Below, in pieces: positions 58,718 to 64,000 of a DNA stretch of 64,000 bases. Source of the DNA: Candidatus Hydrogenedentota bacterium. GTDB taxonomy: Bacteria; Hydrogenedentota; Hydrogenedentia; Hydrogenedentales; SLHB01. Made by a program: the position numbers and the translations under genes. The notes below the pieces were generated by a model, which was not told the DNA's origin, did no database searches, and was given only the letters and a program-made list of their open reading frames with translations. The stretch lies in NCBI GenBank assembly GCA_963745075.1, contig CAVUWV010000018.1, forward strand, positions 290,522-354,521, given 5' to 3'. The first letter of the stretch is position 1; each line of letters starts with the position of its first letter.

Positions 58718-60565
58718 CTACCAGGAAGCAAGGTCTTCCAAATACCCCAGAAACTGCCGCGCGCGCGCCGATGTCGTGTGAAACTGGAGGAAATGTTCGC
58801 GGCCCGCTTGCGCAATTCGGTCGGCTTCCTCCGGGTGCGAGAGGTAGTAGTCCAGCTTCTCGTCCAACTCGGGCAGGTCATCGAAGAATACCGCCGACTC
58901 GCCGTCGATGAAATCGTGCGGGATACGGATGGGTGGACGCTCCGCGAGGAGCATGACCCCGTGCGCCGGAAGTTCCCAGTACCGGACGGTGTCGAAGCCG
59001 TAACCAAAAATGGACAGCCCGATTCGGGCGCTCCGGATTGCCGCGCGGTACTCGTCCTGCGAGTAGCGGTGGTCGAAATCGCGCCCCAGCCTTTCCGAGA
59101 GATGGTCGAGATAAAGCGACCGGGTTCCAAACAGGCGTTTACCGGCCCAGAACAAGTCCGGCGAGCGGTCCGTCGGCATATTATCCGGGACGAAGCGGTC
59201 GGGATAGCCGAACGGCAACGGGAAACTGTTGGGACCATAGTCGAAGCCGGCCAACATCTCCCGCTTGAAGTGGGCCGTGACCGAGGTCCGTCCGAGGTAC
59301 TCAAAAACGCCGGGCATCAGGGAATGGGAGTCGTCCCAGGGGTCGTACACGATGACCGGCATGTCCCCTGCGGCATCGAGGAACCGGCTTACCGTATCGC
59401 GGTACGCGTGCTGCACCACATCCGCGAAGAGGATTAAGTCGAAGTGCCCATGTCGTAGCTCGGTTTCGATTTCGGCCGAACTGCGAGGTTCCCCCGGATA
59501 GTCGAATACACAGGGGTAGTTCAAGGCCGCCTCGGGGGTCTGCCCGTGAACGGCAGCCTTCCACGGAAACTCGACCACATTCTCCCAGCCCAGTATTGTG
59601 CACAGGCCGTCGTACAACGAGTCCATCCCGTAGTCCGAGTTGTCGTGCGTGATGACCAGAATGCGGGGAGCCCTGCGGGCGCCGCTCCAGACCGGCGCCA
59701 TCTCGGGCTCAGGCCCCGCGTGGGACAGCCCGCCAAGGCTATGTAACAAGGCCCGGGACTCCGGGTCGTCCGACACGTGACAGACTGAACGTAACAACCG
59801 TCCGGCCAAGTCGTCCCGACCAAAATGGTGCCACAAGGCGGCCTGCCGACGATACGCTGGATGGAGGCGCGGATGCGTGTGAATGGCGATTTGGAACTCT
59901 TTCCTCGCCCGAGCAAAGAACGACGCGGCCATTGCGTCAGGCTGCCGTTCCAGAATTGCATCGTGCAGAAGCCGGTGCTTCTCGATGGCGAGAATGCTCA
60001 ACTGCTCGTCCGTCAGGTTGGCGAACTCGGGAACCGAATCCAGCACCGTGTACGCCCGCATGGGGCAACCGGCATGTTCGAGGGACGCCGCATGCGCGAC
60101 CGGATCGTAATCCGCGCGAACCAGCGTGAAGGCCCATTGCATCATGCCGTTTTCGTGACTCATGTGGCTGCGAAGCGCCATCAGCCCGAGCGCCTCGGCT
60201 TTCTTCAGGAAGTCCAATGGCGGCTCCGCGCGTTCCGGGATTGGTTCCGTCATCATCCCGAAGGCGCCGAACTCGTCCGTCAGCGTCAGTGCAGACACCA
60301 GCAGGTCGTGAATTGCGTCTTCGTCGGAGGGCGGCAACATGACGTAGTCGAATGCACGCTGAGGCAATGACATGAGAAGGGACTCTTCGACCGCGACCGT
60401 CTTGGCCGGGCGGGACGCCAGGGTTATGTCCAGCCCGTGTGGCGACTCTCCGACGATCAGGATTGCCGCGGCGGACTTGGGCACCAGTTTCGCCAACTCC
60501 GGAGTCGTGATGATACGTGTTGAATCCATCGCGCAGGTACGCCCCCACTGGTCCTTTCGATCCAT
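58718..60565 (-). CDS. Glycosyltransferase (GT-B, CgeB/Glyco_trans_1_2-like C-terminus) with helical/TPR-like middle
   Basis: C-terminal GYGFDTVRYWE...EKLDYYL...IAQAGREH...HT...RA; start is 60565 or 60529. Confidence 0.82.
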   Translation of the reverse strand: MDRKDQWGRTCAMDSTRIITTPELAKLVPKSAAAILIVGESPHGLDITLASRPAKTVAVEESLLMSLPQRAFDYVMLPPSDEDAIHDLLVSALTLTDEFGAFGMMTEPIPERAEPPLDFLKKAEALGLMALRSHMSHENGMMQWAFTLVRADYDPVAHAASLEHAGCPMRAYTVLDSVPEFANLTDEQLSILAIEKHRLLHDAILERQPDAMAASFFARARKEFQIAIHTHPRLHPAYRRQAALWHHFGRDDLAGRLLRSVCHVSDDPESRALLHSLGGLSHAGPEPEMAPVWSGARRAPRILVITHDNSDYGMDSLYDGLCTILGWENVVEFPWKAAVHGQTPEAALNYPCVFDYPGEPRSSAEIETELRHGHFDLILFADVVQHAYRDTVSRFLDAAGDMPVIVYDPWDDSHSLMPGVFEYLGRTSVTAHFKREMLAGFDYGPNSFPLPFGYPDRFVPDNMPTDRSPDLFWAGKRLFGTRSLYLDHLSERLGRDFDHRYSQDEYRAAIRSARIGLSIFGYGFDTVRYWELPAHGVMLLAERPPIRIPHDFIDGESAVFFDDLPELDEKLDYYLSHPEEADRIAQAGREHFLQFHTTSARARQFLGYLEDLASW

Positions 60566-60683
60566 GGAAATGCGTGTAGAACCTTACTAGACTTCGTCCG
60601 CGACGTGCAACGACCGGCTCGGCAGCAGCACAATATGTGGTGCTTTCCCCAATAAGCACCTACTATAAAGAGACTTACCCCCC

Positions 60684-61193
60684 ATTCAGAAAGCCATTCA
60701 GGGGCGGGTCCGGGGCCTAGTAGCCATCGACGGCAAGACGGCCCGGCGTTCCCATGACCAGGGCAGGGGAAAGAAGGCCATCCATGTAGTGAGCGCGTGG
60801 GCACGCGAATCTTCCTTGGCCTTGGGGCAGGTTACGGTGGACGAGAAGTCCAACGAGATCACCGCCATTCCCGAACTCGTACGCCAGTTGGACCTGAAGG
60901 GCTGTCTGGTCACCATCGACGCGATGGGATGTCAGCGCGGGATTGCCAAGACCATCATCGACGCCCACGCCGACTACTTGCTGGCCGTAAAAGGCAACCA
61001 GGAGACCCTGGCCGAGGACGTTGAAATGGAATTCAAGCACGCGATGGCCGACGGCTTCGCCCACATGGAGCACCACTACCACGAGACGCTGGACAAGGGG
61101 CACGGGCGCATCGAGCAGCGCCAGTACTGGTATACCCAGGACATCGCGGGTCTGGGCACGGCCGACAAATGGCCTGGATTGCGTGGAATAGCC
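60684..61193 (+). mobile_element. ISAs1-family transposase fragment, truncated at both ends
   Basis: VAIDGKTARRS, IHVVSAW, KSNEITAIP, VTIDAMGCQ, YLLAVKGNQ, KGHGRIE; N- and C-terminal thirds missing. Confidence 0.9.
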
Positions 61194-61202
61194 ACAAGTC
61201 TA

Positions 61203-61231
61203 TTGACACCAGACAGCGATTGTGGGATATT
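61203..61231 (+). promoter_or_regulatory. Possible sigma70 promoter for the downstream ORF
   Basis: TTGACA-N17-GATATT. Confidence 0.45.
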
Positions 61232-61282
61232 TATTATGTCGAAAAGCAATAAAATAGGGGATGGTTTACGGCGGTAACGGAT

Positions 61283-61855
61283 ATGGGTCTCCAAGTCAAT
61301 CAGACCTCGGTGCAGAACCTGTATGCGCTGAATGCGACTTCGGTATCACGGACGAATTCGCAGCAGGGCACAGGCGATAACTCCGCGCAAATCGGCTCGG
61401 AGCAGTCCACCCCGGAAGCGTCCGGCCGTCCATTCCAGCGCAACGAGAAACCTCCGGATCGCGTGGGCTTTGGAAAGGGCTCCGTGTCCGTGCCCACCGC
61501 CGCCGTGCGTACCATCGACCGTAACCTCGAAGCGGCCGCCCGTGTTGTGCCCTCCCTGGAGGAAACGCGTCAACGCATTCGCGAGCGCCTGGCCAAGGTG
61601 CAGGACGAACTCGATACCACGCGCACGGAACCCGCGCCGCCTCAACGCTTGGACATCTCGGTTGGACGGATCGATGCGGCCGATAATGCGCGGACCCTTC
61701 TAAACAACCTGAACGATACGATTGGAACAACGGCCGCCCGATTGCAGGGCGAAACACCACCGCAATCCGGCCCGCGTATCGATATTCGTGTTGGCGACCA
61801 AACGCTGCCGTTGCTTCGCCAGACGCAGAGTCCAACGTTCGACTTCTTCGCGTAG
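61283..61855 (+). CDS. Hypothetical protein (190 aa)
   Basis: ATG-started ORF filling the gap between genes; polar low-complexity N-terminus and coiled-coil-like middle. Confidence 0.65.
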   Translation: MGLQVNQTSVQNLYALNATSVSRTNSQQGTGDNSAQIGSEQSTPEASGRPFQRNEKPPDRVGFGKGSVSVPTAAVRTIDRNLEAAARVVPSLEETRQRIRERLAKVQDELDTTRTEPAPPQRLDISVGRIDAADNARTLLNNLNDTIGTTAARLQGETPPQSGPRIDIRVGDQTLPLLRQTQSPTFDFFA

Positions 61856-62010
61856 CCCGCGCATCCCCCACTTCCGGCCCGGCACCTTCTTAGATCCCGG
61901 TGCTGTCCGCGTCCAGGGGTTGCGTCTTTCGTATGATTTCGCCAGAATAGTCGCACATCGGTTTGACGCGACGGGCAGCGATCGGCAGCCCCCTGATCCT
62001 GGAGCATTTC

Positions 62011-63808
62011 ATGAAACGCTTTCCCATGCTATGTCTCGTTCTATGCACGGCCACCCTCGCCTTCGCCGCGGAATCCCCGATCGGTAAACGGGTACCGGGA
62101 CTGGAATTCAAGGACCTCTGGTACGTGTCCCGCTCGCTCGACGACTTCGGCACGGTCAAGGCCTACGCGCTGGTCTTCTATTGCAACACCTGCCCGGTGG
62201 CCCAACGCTACACGCCGAAGCTGGAAGCCCTGCACGAAGAATTTGCCCCGCAAGGGGTCCAGTTCATCGGAATCAATGTGGGGCCTGAAGACTCCATCAT
62301 GGACATGGCGCGCCATGCCCGCGACTACAAGATGACCTTCCCCGTGGTGAAGGATGTCGAGGCCATCAGTGCCAAGGAGGTCGGTGCCACGCGTACACCG
62401 GAAGTCGCCGTGCTGGATGCGGACCGCGTGCTTCGATACCGCGGCCGCGTGGACGACCAGTTCCGCGTCAGCGGCGTGCAACCCGCAAGATGGCCGCGAC
62501 GACCTTCGCGAAGCGCTAGTGGAAGTCCTCGCAGGGAAAGACGGTGTCCGTACCGGAAACCCCCGTCGAAGGGTGTCTTATCACCTTCCCGGACGAGAAC
62601 CCGCCGCAAGGTAACCCCGTCACCTTCGCCGAGGACGTGGCGCCCATTCTCTACAAGAATTGCGTGGTCTGCCATCGACCCAACACGGCCGCGCCGTTTT
62701 CGCTCATTACCTACGAGCAGGCCGCGGGAAAAGCCAGCATGATCGCGGAAGTCGTGAACGAGGGCCGTATGCCCCCCTGGTACGCCCATCCCGAGGTGGG
62801 CAATTTCACGAACGCGCGCGTGTTGACCGGCGCCGAAAAGCGAACCATTACGCGCTGGGTACGAAGCGGCAAGCAGCCCGGGAACCTCGACGACGCGCCG
62901 GACGTCCCAACCTTTCCCGATAGCAAGTGGGCCATCGGGGAGCCGGATCTGGTACTCACCGCCAAGGAGCCCTTCGACATCCCCGCCACGGGCTACATCC
63001 CGTACCAGTACCTGACCTTCGACTACGTATTTCCCGAAGACACCTGGGTGCAAGGCATTCAGATCATGCCGAGCAATCCGCGGGTGCTCCACCATTGCAA
63101 CATGATCTACATGCTTCCCGGCCAGAAGTACGACCAAAGCACGAACTTCCTGACCGGCAAAGTTCCCGGCGGCGGTCCGGCCAATTTGAAACCCGGCGAG
63201 GCCATGCTGATCCCGAAGGGCTCCGTAATCACCATGCAGATTCACTACGTGACCACCGGCAAACCCGAGCAGGTCACCATGTCCGCGGGGTTCCGCTACG
63301 CGAAGACGCCGGTCAAGAAGCGCATCCACTACCTGATCGTCAACAACGACACCTTCGCCATCCCGCCCGGCGCGCCCATGCACGAAGTCACAGCGGAAGA
63401 TACGCTGGACTGCGACGTCGACCATGCTCGCCATGTTCACCCACATGCACCTGCGCGGCCGCGACATGACCTTCCTCGCCCATCTCCCCGACGGGGAGAC
63501 GCAAGACGTTGCTGGATATCCCCAACTACAGCTTCGATTGGCAGATGACCTACTACGTCGAACCCGGCGAACTCAAACTCCCCAAAGGCACCCGCATCGA
63601 ATGCATCGGCCACTTCGACAACAGCCCCTTCAACCCCTTCAACCCCGACCCCACCGTCACCGTCAAAGAAGGCCCCCAAACCTTCGAAGAAATGATGTAC
63701 GGCTTCTTCTTCTACACCAACGACAACGAAACCGTCGACATCAACGTAGACCCCAACACCGGCCAGGAACTAAAAGCCGTCGCCGATGCGGCGATCGCGG
63801 GGGAGTAG
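62011..63808 (+). CDS. Secreted redoxin + CxxCH + copper type II monooxygenase-like fusion, four +1 frameshifts
   Basis: Signal peptide, CNTCP, YRGRVDDQ, CVVCH, MPPW, LHH, QIHY, HMHLRG, EEM; frames join by removing single bases near 62483, 62543, 63420 and 63502. Confidence 0.82.
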
Positions 63809-64000
63809 CTGAGGGGAGATCGCGGAGTATCCGGGTCAGGAAGCAATACATATCGCTAGGCATACGTCCGATGAACTCTGCGAAACTACCTCTTGGGCAC
63901 CTTGTCTGGGGAGTGCTGGTGGCTCTATATCGTGGTGTGCTCCCGAATTCTCCGACAATCGCTCCTCAGTGCACTAACGGCGATTAAAGTAGTAATTGAC

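Noticed and set aside
62480..63510. Programmed ribosomal frameshifting in the monooxygenase gene
   Set aside because: No slippery heptamers; four independent +1 events are better explained by sequencing error.
63809..64000. Possible gene or IS end at the window edge
   Set aside because: No convincing ORF or inverted repeat in the visible sequence.
1..64000. Numerous other overlapping or antisense ORFs in the six-frame track; tRNA, rRNA, CRISPR, prophage or defence systems
   Set aside because: Shadow ORFs are expected at high GC and lack motifs; no signatures of the other classes were recognised.

Overview
A GC-rich (about 60% by eye), gene-dense bacterial chromosomal segment from a diderm organism: it carries an LptD-like gene and lipoproteins. 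The gene repertoire is suggestive of Candidatus Hydrogenedentota or a similar poorly studied lineage, but that is inference only. About 50 CDS are supported. Housekeeping and repair: lon 3' end, polX, nth, aroA, rpsT, ridA, nagB, a NagD-like HAD phosphatase, a lactate permease and a HAL2-type nucleotidase. Signalling: an FHA-GGDEF protein and a three-gene module (small protein / HDOD / pseudo-receiver-GGDEF). There are many secreted beta-propeller, beta-sandwich and glycan-active proteins, and one doubly truncated ISAs1 transposase fragment. Several distinct families of short intergenic inverted-repeat elements (REP/REPIN/MITE-like) are present. The most notable items are: (i) an orphan single-module C-A-T-TE NRPS with a starter-type C domain and the hand-extracted Ile-type code DAFFLGVTFK, upstream of ridA; (ii) an LptD fused to an N-terminal propeller and Pro-rich linker; (iii) a redoxin-CxxCH-copper-monooxygenase fusion with a complete PHM-like ligand set; (iv) a LamG domain split by a 7-repeat propeller; (v) an alpha/beta hydrolase with its nucleophile elbow deleted in frame; (vi) a candidate structured leader RNA before an ELWxxDGT surface protein. 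Three genes carry single-base frameshifts (seven in total) that look like long-read consensus errors. No rRNA, tRNA or CRISPR array was recognised.
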